Assembly (NCBI GenBank): GCA_963822445.1
Contig: CAWGHO010000001.1
Span: 448,001 to 512,000, forward strand
Length of the DNA: 64,000 nucleotides
Origin: an uncultured Acidobacteriota bacterium
GTDB lineage: Bacteria; Acidobacteriota; Thermoanaerobaculia; Gp7-AA8
Direction of reading: 5' to 3'
Numbering within the stretch: the stretch's first letter is position 1; the number at the start of each line of letters is the position of its first letter. Of the stretch, positions 39,047-48,328 are shown in pieces. The position numbers and the translations under genes were made by a program. The notes under the pieces are model-generated. The model searched no databases. It saw nothing but the letters and a program-made list of their open reading frames with translations, and was not told where the DNA came from.

Positions 39047-39562
39047 ATGAGCAACGAGTTACGGATCCGCGCCGCGACCGAGGAGGACGTCCCGCTGATC
39101 CTCCGCTTCATCCGCGAGCTGGCGGAGTACGAAAAGCTGCCGCACGAATGCGTGGCCACGGAAGATTCGGTGCGATCGACGCTGTTCGGCACTCCCCGCT
39201 TCGCCGAGGTGCTGATCGGTGAGATCGACAGAGAGCCGGCCGGTTTCGCGCTCTTCTTTCACAACTACTCGACCTTCCTCGCGCGTCCGGGCATCTATCT
39301 CGAGGATCTGTACGTCCGCCCCGAGTGTCGCGGGAAAGGCTACGGCCGGGCGCTGCTGGTTCGGCTGGCGGAGATCGCGCGCGAGCGAAATTGCGGCCGT
39401 CTGGAATGGGCCGTTCTCACCTGGAACGAGCCCGCCATCCGCTTCTACAAAAGCCTCGGCGCGCGCCCGCTCGATGAGTGGATTACGTTCCGCCTGACCG
39501 GGAAAGAGCTGGCCGATTTGGCCGTGTTATCCTCGACGGCCTCACCTGACGTGCGGGGTTAG
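39047..39562 (+). CDS. GNAT family N-acetyltransferase (SSAT-like)
   Basis: IRELAEYEK, FFHNYSTF, YLEDLYV, RGKGYG, AIRFYKSLG. Confidence 0.92.
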   Translation: MSNELRIRAATEEDVPLILRFIRELAEYEKLPHECVATEDSVRSTLFGTPRFAEVLIGEIDREPAGFALFFHNYSTFLARPGIYLEDLYVRPECRGKGYGRALLVRLAEIARERNCGRLEWAVLTWNEPAIRFYKSLGARPLDEWITFRLTGKELADLAVLSSTASPDVRG

Positions 39563-39627
39563 CTCAGCGGTAGAGCATCTCGTTTACACCGAGGGGGTCG
39601 GGGGTTCGAATCCCTCACTCCGCACCA
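39553..39627 (+). tRNA. tRNA-Val(TAC)
   Basis: GCGGGGT/ACTCCGC acceptor stem, TCTCG-TTTACAC-CGAGG anticodon arm, GTTCGAAT T-loop, encoded CCA. Confidence 0.95.
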
Positions 39628-39635
39628 ACCCCCAA

Positions 39636-41618
39636 TCACCACCAACGCTTGAAGTTCTTCGGCTTCCGCGCGGGCGCTTCCGGCGTCGTGACGGTCGACG
39701 ACTGCTCCGATCCTTTCGGCACGCGCACCGTCACGCTGCTTTCGCTTGCGTTGCCTGAGAAGTCAGTACAGCGAACGTGAACGAAGTACAGCCGCTCGTC
39801 ACCGTCGTCGCGTTCCGCGCGCAGTTCCAGGCTCAGATCCGACACGAGGTTGAAGTCGTCATCGAGAGTCTGGTTGGACGTCACGTCGAACACGGCACAA
39901 CGGGGCATCGGATCGACGACGTCGCTGGCTTCGACAGTCACCGTCACAGTTGCGAACTTGCTGTTCGGCGGCGAGAGCTCGTCCGGCGTCGCCTTGACGT
40001 TGGAGATCATCGGTGAAAGCGAATCGACGACGGTGACGTCGAAGTCATCCTCGGCGTTATTGCCGAGATCGTCCGTCGCGACGCAATGAACCGTCGTCGT
40101 TCCGAGCGGGAACGTCGAGCCGGACTGCGGATCGCGTGTGATGTCCGGATCCGGATCCGACGTTCCGCCGGCGGTGACAGTGAACGTGACCATGGTGCCG
40201 TCGCCACTCTCCGCTTCCGCAACCACCGCATCCGGCACGTCGATCACGAGCGTCTCGGCCGGCTTGTCTTTCGGTACGCGCACCGTGACGCTGCTCTCGC
40301 TTGCATTGCGCGAGCTGTCGGTGCAGCGAACGTGAACGAAGTACAACCGCTCCTCGCCTTCGAGCTCAGCGCGCAGTTCGATGTTCAGATCCGACACCAG
40401 CTTGAAGTCGCCGTCGATGGTCTGGTTCGACGTTACGTCGAACACCGCGCAACGCGGCATCGGATCGACGAAATCGCTCGCTTCGACCTTGATCGCCACC
40501 GCCACGAATTCGTTGTTCGGCGGCGAGAGTACGTCCGGCGTCGCGGTGACGCTGGAGATCGCCGGCGACACCGTGTCGGCGACGGTGACGGTGAAGGCGT
40601 CCTCGGCCGTATTGCCGAAGTCGTCTTTCGCTACGCAATGAACCGTCGTCGTGCCGATGGGGAAGTTCGAGCCCGACTGCGGGTTGCAGGTGATTTCAGG
40701 ATCCGGATCCGAGGTTCCGTGTGCGGTGACGGTGAACGTCACCACGGCACCATTCGCCGTCTCTGCTTCCGCGGTGATCGGATCGGGAACGTCGATCACG
40801 AGTCTTTGCTCGTCGCTCGTGACTTCGACGGTGAACGTCCCCGTGCCTGTGTTGGCAGACGAATCGGTAGCGCTGCAGGCGACAGTCGTCTTGCCGATCG
40901 GGAAGCGCGACCCTGACGCAGGATTGCACGTCACCTGGAGATTGCCATCGATCGTGTCCGTGGCAGTGGCTTCGAACGTCACGACGGTGCCATCCGGTCC
41001 ATCGGCGCGCACGACGATGTCCTCGGGCACAGTGACGATCGGAATCCCGACGTCGTAGATGAAGATCGACAACCCGCCCTCGGCGCGCTCGCCGAACGAG
41101 TTCGTGGCCACGCAACGCACATGCGTGGTTCCCAGCGGGAACACCGAGCCGGAAGGCGGTTCGCAGGTGACCTGCGGATTCGGATCCCTTCCGCCGTAGG
41201 TCTGAACCTCGTACGTGACCTTCGCGCCTTCCCTGCTCGTCGCGACCATGGCGATCGGGTCCTGCCCAAGGATCATGAGCCGCTCAGGCTCGGGATCGAA
41301 GACCTTGAACGTCGCCGGGCCGGAGTCGCCTGTCGGCCCGCCGAGCACGGTCACGCTGTACGTCCCCGCCGTGACGGCCACCTCGGTAGGCACCCAGACG
41401 TCGACTTTGTCGCCGCTGGCGGCACTACCCTCGACCTCGATCTCACCCGCGGGGCCGGAAAAACGCACCCGATCGCCGAGCTCGGTTCCGTAGATGATCA
41501 AGAGTCGTTCACCGCTGTTCACTGCGATCGTGTCGGGGTCGATGAGGCGAATCGTCCCAGCCGTTGCAGTTGATGCCGCGAGGATCATGAGAAGGCCGAA
41601 CGCGACGTTCTTCATCAT
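39636..41618 (-). CDS. Secreted HYR-domain protein with internal duplication
   Basis: Signal peptide; repeated VTCxPxSGSxFPxGxTxVxCxAxD; duplicated HYR + (PPNxxF) module. Confidence 0.88.
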   Translation of the reverse strand: MMKNVAFGLLMILAASTATAGTIRLIDPDTIAVNSGERLLIIYGTELGDRVRFSGPAGEIEVEGSAASGDKVDVWVPTEVAVTAGTYSVTVLGGPTGDSGPATFKVFDPEPERLMILGQDPIAMVATSREGAKVTYEVQTYGGRDPNPQVTCEPPSGSVFPLGTTHVRCVATNSFGERAEGGLSIFIYDVGIPIVTVPEDIVVRADGPDGTVVTFEATATDTIDGNLQVTCNPASGSRFPIGKTTVACSATDSSANTGTGTFTVEVTSDEQRLVIDVPDPITAEAETANGAVVTFTVTAHGTSDPDPEITCNPQSGSNFPIGTTTVHCVAKDDFGNTAEDAFTVTVADTVSPAISSVTATPDVLSPPNNEFVAVAIKVEASDFVDPMPRCAVFDVTSNQTIDGDFKLVSDLNIELRAELEGEERLYFVHVRCTDSSRNASESSVTVRVPKDKPAETLVIDVPDAVVAEAESGDGTMVTFTVTAGGTSDPDPDITRDPQSGSTFPLGTTTVHCVATDDLGNNAEDDFDVTVVDSLSPMISNVKATPDELSPPNSKFATVTVTVEASDVVDPMPRCAVFDVTSNQTLDDDFNLVSDLSLELRAERDDGDERLYFVHVRCTDFSGNASESSVTVRVPKGSEQSSTVTTPEAPARKPKNFKRWW

Positions 41619-41693
41619 GGGCGGTGGCTCCTTGGGGTCAGGCGTGTCCGGCAGCAAAACGCGGGCCGGAGCGAGGTAAGATCGCGCCTCTTC

Positions 41694-42068
41694 ATGTTCC
41701 TCAAGCGCAAGGCGCGCCTTCTCCTGCTCGACGATGACCCCTCCATGCAGCGCCTGATGGCCGCTCTCCTGCGTCGCGACGGTCATCGCGTCGATGTCGT
41801 CAGCGAGGCCGCGCAGGCCATCGAGAAAATCGGCCGCTACGCGTACGACGTGCTGCTGCTCGACATCATGACTCCCACCGAAGGCGGCCTCACCGTGCTC
41901 AGGCATCTGCGCAAGACAAAGCCGGAGTTGATGAAGCGGGTCCTGCTCGTGACCGCGTCGCCCGACTCGATTCTCAAAGGCGTGAGCGGCGACGTCTTCG
42001 GAGTCGTGCGCAAGCCGTTCGAGGCCGAGGAACTGATGACGGCGATCCGCAAGGTCGTTGCGAGTTGA
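41694..42068 (+). CDS. Single-domain response regulator
   Basis: LLLDDD, LDIMTP, TA, KPF. Confidence 0.9.
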   Translation: MFLKRKARLLLLDDDPSMQRLMAALLRRDGHRVDVVSEAAQAIEKIGRYAYDVLLLDIMTPTEGGLTVLRHLRKTKPELMKRVLLVTASPDSILKGVSGDVFGVVRKPFEAEELMTAIRKVVAS

Positions 42069-42451
42069 AGCTGACGCTTCTCCCCGAGCGTCTCGCCGTT
42101 TGCAGACTGCCCGCGGATTCGATGTTGCCGCCGTGGCCAACCGGCGAATTCATCTCCATCACGCGAACGCCGGACGAACTGTCGGTGGTCTGTGAAGAAT
42201 CAGCAGTGCCCGATGACGTCGTGGCTGAGCGCGGGTGGCGCGCGCTGCAACTCGAAGGTCCGATCCCGTTCGACGTAACCGGCGTCGCGGCATCGCTGAC
42301 GGCGCCGCTGGCCGCGAAGGGCATCAGCCTTTTTCTGATCTCGACTTACGACACCGATTGGCTGCTCGTGAAAGACGCGGTGCTAGACCGCGCGATCGCG
42401 GCGCTCGGAACCGCCGGCTTCGACATCGCGGTCCCGCCGCGGCGCGGTTGA
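42065..42451 (+). CDS. ACT-domain (CASTOR-like) protein
   Basis: SITRTPDELSVVC, GPIPFDVTGV, ISTYDTDWLLVK. Confidence 0.88.
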   Translation: MKLTLLPERLAVCRLPADSMLPPWPTGEFISITRTPDELSVVCEESAVPDDVVAERGWRALQLEGPIPFDVTGVAASLTAPLAAKGISLFLISTYDTDWLLVKDAVLDRAIAALGTAGFDIAVPPRRG

Positions 42452-42811
42452 GCTTCGCACGCAGCTCGAGATCAGGTCGACCAGCTGGGGCACGTTGACC
42501 GGCCGCCGCAACACGATCTGCACGATCTCCACATCCAGCGACCGCGCCGCCTCGACCGTCCCCGCCAGAACCAGCACGATCGGCCGTTTCGCGCGCTCCA
42601 TCGCCGCGATCCTGCCGACGACCTGCTCGATTCCGCGCGAGGCCAGCTCGACGTCGGCGATCACCAGACCATACGGCGCGTCGTCGAGCTTCTGGAGAGC
42701 GTCCGCAGCCGTGCCGACGCAATCGGAAAAGACGTCGAAATCCAGAAGACGGCCATAGAGCCGTTGCCGCAATTCGGCGTCCGTGTCAGCTATCAGTACT
42801 CGTGAAATCAG
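42383..42811 (-). CDS. Degenerate receiver-domain protein, probable non-canonical start
   Basis: RVLIADTD...YGLVIAD...RRPV; the receiver beta1 lies upstream of the first TTG (42772). Confidence 0.65.
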   Translation of the reverse strand: MISRVLIADTDAELRQRLYGRLLDFDVFSDCVGTAADALQKLDDAPYGLVIADVELASRGIEQVVGRIAAMERAKRPIVLVLAGTVEAARSLDVEIVQIVLRRPVNVPQLVDLISSCVRSSTAPRRDRDVEAGGSERRDRAV

Positions 42812-42878
42812 TGGTGCTTCCTGTCTTGTCCGCCGTGGGATACAAATAACCTGCCAAACCGCACAGCCCGGTGTGCAC

Positions 42879-44009
42879 CTACCCCGTGACGATGCCCGGC
42901 GGCGCCGTCGCCGAAAACGATCGTTTGTAGATGTCGATGATCGCCATCAGGAACGAAAAGACCAGCGGCCCGATCACCAGACCGACGAATCCGAACGCCT
43001 GCATGCCGCCCAGGACCGCGAACAGAAGCGGAATCGCGGGAAGCTGCGCTTTGCCGCGCATCGCCCACGGCCGGACGACGTTGTCGACCAGCGACACCGG
43101 GATGGCACCCCACAACGCGAGAAAGATCGGCTGCCACCAGCCGCGGTCGCCCATCGACGCGGAGATGGTCAGGTAAATCGTCGCCGGGACCCAGACCGCG
43201 GCCGCGCCAACCATCGGAATCAGCGAAAGCAGCGCTGCAACCGCGCCCCAGAATCCGGCACCCGGAACCTGGGCGATGCCCATCCCGACGCCGGTCATGA
43301 TCCCCTGCGCCAGCCCGGTGAAAAGCTGACCGCGGAAGGTCGCGTCGATCACGTCCTTGAATCGCGCGCGAAACTCCGCGTCATACCGTTTTGGCAGCGG
43401 CGACAGAATCGATAACTGGTCGACGATCTCCTCCCCTTCGACATAGAAGAAGTACATCGAGAGCAACACCAGCACGAAGCCGAGGAACATGCCCGCCAGG
43501 CCGCCGACGAGCGCGCCGCCGTGACGCGCGACCCAGCCCGGGAACTGGCGGATGGCCGGCAGGAACATGCGCTCCGGGCTCAGTGTCGCCGGATCGAAAT
43601 TCGGCGCGATGCGTTTCACCCATTGCAGATGCTGCGCGAGGTCGATCCGCCTGACCATCGCCTGCGCTTCGCCCGATTGCAGTTTCTCGACGACGACGTT
43701 GGCCTGTTGCACGAGCATCACCCCGAGAATCAGTGCGGGGATGACCAGCACGATGGTGATGCCGAGGAGCATGAGCAGCGCCGCACGAGGCGAGCTGCCT
43801 TTCTGCCTCGCCCGTATGCGCTGGAACGTCGGGAACGTCAGCGTCACCAGAATCGCGCCGATCAGGATGGCCGTGATGAACGGCCAGATGATCATGAACG
43901 CGGCGTAGAGCAGCAGCAGCGCCAGCAGCCCGAAGAAGATCACCCCCGCGAGCCGCCATTGCGGCTTGCGCTCCAGATGGGTTTCAGACAGCTCACCGGT
44001 TTCGATCAC
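42879..44009 (-). CDS. AI-2E family transporter
   Basis: Multi-TM; LSPL, IPMVGAA, VDNVVRP, GGMQAFGFVGLVIGP. Confidence 0.92.
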   Translation of the reverse strand: MIETGELSETHLERKPQWRLAGVIFFGLLALLLLYAAFMIIWPFITAILIGAILVTLTFPTFQRIRARQKGSSPRAALLMLLGITIVLVIPALILGVMLVQQANVVVEKLQSGEAQAMVRRIDLAQHLQWVKRIAPNFDPATLSPERMFLPAIRQFPGWVARHGGALVGGLAGMFLGFVLVLLSMYFFYVEGEEIVDQLSILSPLPKRYDAEFRARFKDVIDATFRGQLFTGLAQGIMTGVGMGIAQVPGAGFWGAVAALLSLIPMVGAAAVWVPATIYLTISASMGDRGWWQPIFLALWGAIPVSLVDNVVRPWAMRGKAQLPAIPLLFAVLGGMQAFGFVGLVIGPLVFSFLMAIIDIYKRSFSATAPPGIVTG

Positions 44010-44919
44010 GGACGCCTCCTTCGAATGCTTCCCGCCGCGCAGCGCTCGTGATCGCGCCGACGAGCGGGTTCTTCACTTTTCGTTCCGCGGACACTGCGTA
44101 AAACCGTTCCCGCACCGCCGGCAGCCGCCCGACGACGCGCACACCATACTGACTTTGAATCTCGTCTTCGATGACCGTCGGCGCGGGAAAGATACCGATT
44201 CCGCCGCGGCCGAAGGCGGTCATCAACGCCAGATCGTCGAACTCGCCGACGCGGCGCGGCTCGATCGCGTTCGCATCGAGAAAGAGCTCGAGCGCGCGGC
44301 GGATCTGTGTCGCTGCGCCGGGCAGCAACAGCGGTGCGCCGGCAAGCGACCGAGGAAAGTCGTTCTTCACGCTGTTCGCGAGCGTGGCCGTGCCGAAGAA
44401 GGTCGTCCCGCTTTCGCCGAGGAAATGGTTGAACGCGCGAATCGGTGTCGCGGACGCGGGAGCATCGGTGAGTACGAGATCGACTTCGTGCTGGCCGAGG
44501 AGGTTCAGCAGCGTTTCCGGGGAGCCTTCGCGGCAGACGATCTCGATGGCCGCGCCGCCTGCGAACGCCGGCCGCAGGATGCGATAGGCCACGAGCTTGG
44601 GGACGACGTCGGCGATGCCGACGGTGATCCGCGACGGCCGGCCCGTGGGGCGATCGCGCAGGGTGTCGCGAAGCTCGCGGCCGAGCGCGAAGATCTCGTC
44701 GGCATAGCGCAGGGCGATTTTTCCGGCCTCGGTCAACGCCAGCCCGCGGCCCGATTTCGCGAACAGGCTCTCGCCCAGCGATCCCTCCAGCACCTTCAAC
44801 TGCGCGCTGATGGTCGGTTGGGTCAGGTTGAGTTTCTTCGTTGCCGCGGCGATGCTTCCCTCCCGGGCCACGACCCAGAAGTAGAAGAGGTGGTTGTAGT
44901 TGAGCCACTCCACACTCAT
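43993..44919 (-). CDS. nhaR: LysR family activator, NhaR-like
   Basis: WLNYNHLFYFW, TQPTISAQLK, GIADVVPK, EFDDLALM, FYAVSAERK. Confidence 0.9.
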   Translation of the reverse strand: MSVEWLNYNHLFYFWVVAREGSIAAATKKLNLTQPTISAQLKVLEGSLGESLFAKSGRGLALTEAGKIALRYADEIFALGRELRDTLRDRPTGRPSRITVGIADVVPKLVAYRILRPAFAGGAAIEIVCREGSPETLLNLLGQHEVDLVLTDAPASATPIRAFNHFLGESGTTFFGTATLANSVKNDFPRSLAGAPLLLPGAATQIRRALELFLDANAIEPRRVGEFDDLALMTAFGRGGIGIFPAPTVIEDEIQSQYGVRVVGRLPAVRERFYAVSAERKVKNPLVGAITSAARREAFEGGVRDRNR

Positions 44920-45000
44920 AGAATAATTCAATTCGTTACGACGAATCTATCCATCTGATCTATGAATGTGGATGAGCCGCCGGCGGTTATCCCCGACGCT

Positions 45001-45855
45001 ATGAAGAACCAGATCCGAACCATCCTCCTCCTCGGAGTCCTCTCCGCGATCCTCATCGGATTCGGAGCGCTCCTCGGCCGGCAGTGGGTCGCCACCTTCA
45101 CCATCCTGGCGATGGTCATCAACTTCGCCGCCTACTTCTGGTCGGACAAGCTCGTTTTGCGCATCCATCGCGCGCAGCCGGTGAGCGAGGCCGACGCACC
45201 GCGGCTTTACGCGATCGTCCGGGAGTTGGCCATGCGCGCGCAGATTCCGATGCCGCGCGTTTATCGCGTCGCCTCGCCGCAGCCGAATGCCTTCGCCACG
45301 GGACGCGATCCGGAACATGGCGTCGTCGCCGTGACCGACGGCATCCTGCAGATCCTCAACGAGCGCGAGCTGCGCGGCGTGCTCGCGCACGAGATCGGTC
45401 ATATCCGCAATCGCGACATCCTCGTGTCGACGATCGCGGCCGCGGTGGCCGGGGCGATCGCGTACATCGCGAACATGCTGCAATGGACGGCGATCTTCGG
45501 CGGCGCGTCCGATGATGACGGTCCCGATCCGATCGCCGCGCTGGGCCTGGCGATCATCGCGCCGATCGCGGCGACGATCGTTCAGCTGGGGATCTCGCGT
45601 TCGCGCGAATATCTCGCCGATGAAACCGGCGCGGGACTCTGCGTCGATCCCGAGGGGCTCGCGTCCGCGCTGGCGAAACTCGAGCACGCAGCGCAGGTCG
45701 TGCCGCCGGCGACGGCCGCGCCCGCGACAGCGAGCCTGTTCATCGTCAACCCGTTCGCGGGCACTCGCGGGCTCGCCAATCTCTTCTCCACCCATCCTCC
45801 GATGGCCGAGCGCATCCGCCGGCTGCGCGCGATGCGTCTCGGGCGGGTGGTCTGA
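45001..45855 (+). CDS. htpX: Zinc metalloprotease HtpX (M48)
   Basis: PNAFATGR, LAHEIGH, SRSREYLAD, FSTHPP. Confidence 0.93.
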   Translation: MKNQIRTILLLGVLSAILIGFGALLGRQWVATFTILAMVINFAAYFWSDKLVLRIHRAQPVSEADAPRLYAIVRELAMRAQIPMPRVYRVASPQPNAFATGRDPEHGVVAVTDGILQILNERELRGVLAHEIGHIRNRDILVSTIAAAVAGAIAYIANMLQWTAIFGGASDDDGPDPIAALGLAIIAPIAATIVQLGISRSREYLADETGAGLCVDPEGLASALAKLEHAAQVVPPATAAPATASLFIVNPFAGTRGLANLFSTHPPMAERIRRLRAMRLGRVV

Positions 45856-45858
45856 TCG

Positions 45859-46835
45859 ATGGAGACCATCGCCACACCGCTGCTCTGGACGGTCTTCAGC
45901 GTCTTCGTCCTGGGCATGCTGGCGCTCGACCTCGGCGTCTTCAGCCGCAAGCCGCATGAAGTTCATCATCGCGAGGCGCTGACCTGGAGCGGCGTGTGGG
46001 TCGGCCTCGCGCTGGTCTTCAACGGCTGGATCTACCTGCGATTCGGGAGCGGCAAGGCCCTCGAGTTCCTCACCGGCTACGTGATCGAGAAGGCGCTGTC
46101 GGTCGACAACATCTTCGTGTTCGTCGTGCTCTTCAGCGCGTTCGCGGTGCCGAAGATCTACCAGCACCGGGTCCTGTTCTGGGGCGTCATCGGCGCGATC
46201 GTCCTGCGCGCGATCTTCATCGTTCTCGGCGCGGCGCTGCTCGAGCGCTTTCACTGGGTGATGTACGTCTTCGGCGCGATCCTGATCTTCACCGGGCTTC
46301 GGCTGATGATCAAAGCGGACGTCGAGCCGCATCCGGAGCGGAACCCGATCTATCGCGGCCTGCGGCGCCTGATTCCGGCCGTGCCGGAGTACGACGGCAA
46401 GAAGTTTTTCGTGATCAGGAACGGCCGCCGCTTCGCCACGCCGCTCTTCCTGGTGCTGCTCGCGATCGAGGCGACCGACGTGGTGTTCGCTGTCGATTCG
46501 ATTCCGGCGATCTTCGCGGTCACGACCGATCCGTTCATCGTCTACACCTCGAACATCTTCGCCATCCTCGGCCTTCGCGCGATGTATTTCCTGCTGGCCA
46601 ACGTGATCGACCGCTTCCACTGCTGAAGTACGGCCTCGCGCTGGTGCTGCTGTTCGTCGGCACGAAGATGGTGATCGCGGAGTGGTACAAGATCCCGATC
46701 GTGGTCTCGCTGGGCGTGATCGCCTTCATCCTGGCCGGCTCGGTGGTCGCCTCGCTGCTATCATCCGCGCCGCTTGCAAACGAGGGAAACGACGCTTCCG
46801 GGAGTGATGATCCTCGAGCCGGCGGTCTTCGGTGA
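45859..46835 (+). CDS. terC: TerC/Alx family membrane protein, one frameshift near 46621
   Basis: EKALSVDNIFVF, DVVFAVDSIPAIF, SNIFAILGLR; continues in another frame as LKYGLALVLLFVGTKM (probable missing C in CAC CTG). Confidence 0.88.
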
Positions 46836-47316
46836 CGACCGGGGCTGGTTCATGGAGACGTTCAACGCCGCGAAGTTCGCTGACGCGGGCCTGCCGGCGG
46901 AGTTCGCGCAGGACAACCACTCGAAGTCGCGCCGCGGCGTCGTGCGCGGCCTGCATTACCAGTTGCACGAGCCGCAGGGAAAGCTGGTGCGCTGCGTCCA
47001 GGGGTCGATCCTCGACGTGGCCGTCGACATCCGCCGCAACTCGCCGCATTTCGGGAAGTGGACCGGTGTCGAGCTCACGGCGGAGAACAAGCTCATGCTT
47101 TGGGTCCCGCCGCGCTTCGCCCACGGCTTTTCCGTCCTGAGCGAGACGGCGGAGGTGATCTACAAATGCACGACGCTCTGGCATCAGCCTTCGGACCGTT
47201 CGCTTCTGTGGAACGACCCGGCGATCGGGATCGACTGGCGCGTTTCGGCTCCCCTCCTCGCCCCGAAAGACGCCGCCGCCCTCCCCCTGTCCGAGGCGGA
47301 GATTTTCGAGGGTTGA
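46774..47316 (+). CDS. rmlC: dTDP-4-dehydrorhamnose 3,5-epimerase
   Basis: DDRGWFME, QDNHS, RGLHYQ, QGKLVRC, DVAVDIR, AHGF, YKC. Confidence 0.93.
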   Translation: MQTRETTLPGVMILEPAVFGDDRGWFMETFNAAKFADAGLPAEFAQDNHSKSRRGVVRGLHYQLHEPQGKLVRCVQGSILDVAVDIRRNSPHFGKWTGVELTAENKLMLWVPPRFAHGFSVLSETAEVIYKCTTLWHQPSDRSLLWNDPAIGIDWRVSAPLLAPKDAAALPLSEAEIFEG

Positions 47317-47402
47317 CACCCCCCCACCCCCCGGTTACGATGCGCCGCTCCTCGGGGAATGCACCTCCCACCCTCCCCGGTTAGCAAGTTTTCCTACGAC
47401 GC

Positions 47403-47479
<77 letters not shown>

Positions 47480-47495
47480 ATCTAAAGCACTCACC

Positions 47496-47524
47496 AGCCG
47501 CCACTTCGGCGGCTTTCGTGTTTT
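47496..47524 (+). terminator. Hairpin after tRNA-Asp
   Basis: AGCCGCC-ACTTC-GGCGGCT followed by TTCGTGTTTT. Confidence 0.6.
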
Positions 47525-47666
47525 CAGAGGGTTGCGCTTAGAAAGTTGTAACTCGCAAGCTGACTCGCAAGGTCGCGATTCTCGGACGCGAAAACCTGCA
47601 CGGAAACCGCCGCGAAAGCGCGCGATGTTTCACAAATCGCAGCGAGTGTTCCACGGAAAAAAAGCG

Positions 47667-48032
47667 TCAAAGCCGCTTCGGAAATCGGCCGGCGATCGGC
47701 GGCGGAACGTGCGGCCGGAGCGATGCGAGAGAGAGCGCGCCGCTAACGCGCGCTGACTGCCGCTGAAAGCGCGAACGGCGCACACCCGAAGGTGTACGCC
47801 GTTCCCCTGCGCGCGGCGGCTGGCGAGGCGGCAGGGCGTCACGCCAGCGACTCCTGAATTTTGGCGCATGCGTGGCGTAGTTGGTGAGGATCAAGCGACC
47901 CTGTGCGGCTTCGACGTAGACCTCTACCTCGATGCTGAAGCCGTGCTGCTTGAGCCAGTGGCCCGACAGGCGCAGCAAAGGGACGGTCTCACCGCCGGGC
48001 GTCGATGTGTAGCGGAGACCGCGATGCGACTT
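47667..48032 (-). pseudogene. SymE-family (type I TA toxin-like) gene, start disrupted
   Basis: ETVPLLRLSGHWLKQHGFSIEVEVYVEAAQGRLILT fits the SymE pattern PxLxLxGxWLxxxGF; in-frame TGA at 48033-48035 upstream. Confidence 0.6.
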
Positions 48033-48328
48033 TCACGCAGGACGGCGTGCGCGTGCGGCGTGGCTTCGGCGTTGCCGCAGCGGGCGCCACGGGCGCGATG
48101 GAATCGGGCGCGGCCGGGACGGGCTGCGCCTCGACGGCCGGCGACTGCGGCGCGGCTGCAGCGCGGCGGCGCGGACGCGAAAGCTTCGGGTGACGGTGAA
48201 GCGCGGAAAGAAGACGTGAGGGCATGACTTGTTCACCTCCGTTGGTGGCCTCGCGAATCTCGGGCGTGTGAGCGGAGCGGCGCGGTTTCATGGCGTGTTG
48301 ATCCTGAAGGTGAAGCGGTGCGGGGTGC

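Noticed and set aside
39553-41618. Island inserted at tRNA-Val
   Set aside because: No integrase and no duplicated tRNA 3' end seen.
46621-46626. Programmed frameshift or selenocysteine readthrough in terC
   Set aside because: The continuation is in another frame and there is no slippery sequence; one missing C explains it.
43993-46835. NhaR-like regulator with htpX-terC as a novel system
   Set aside because: All are familiar membrane-stress genes; nothing unusual beyond the frameshift.
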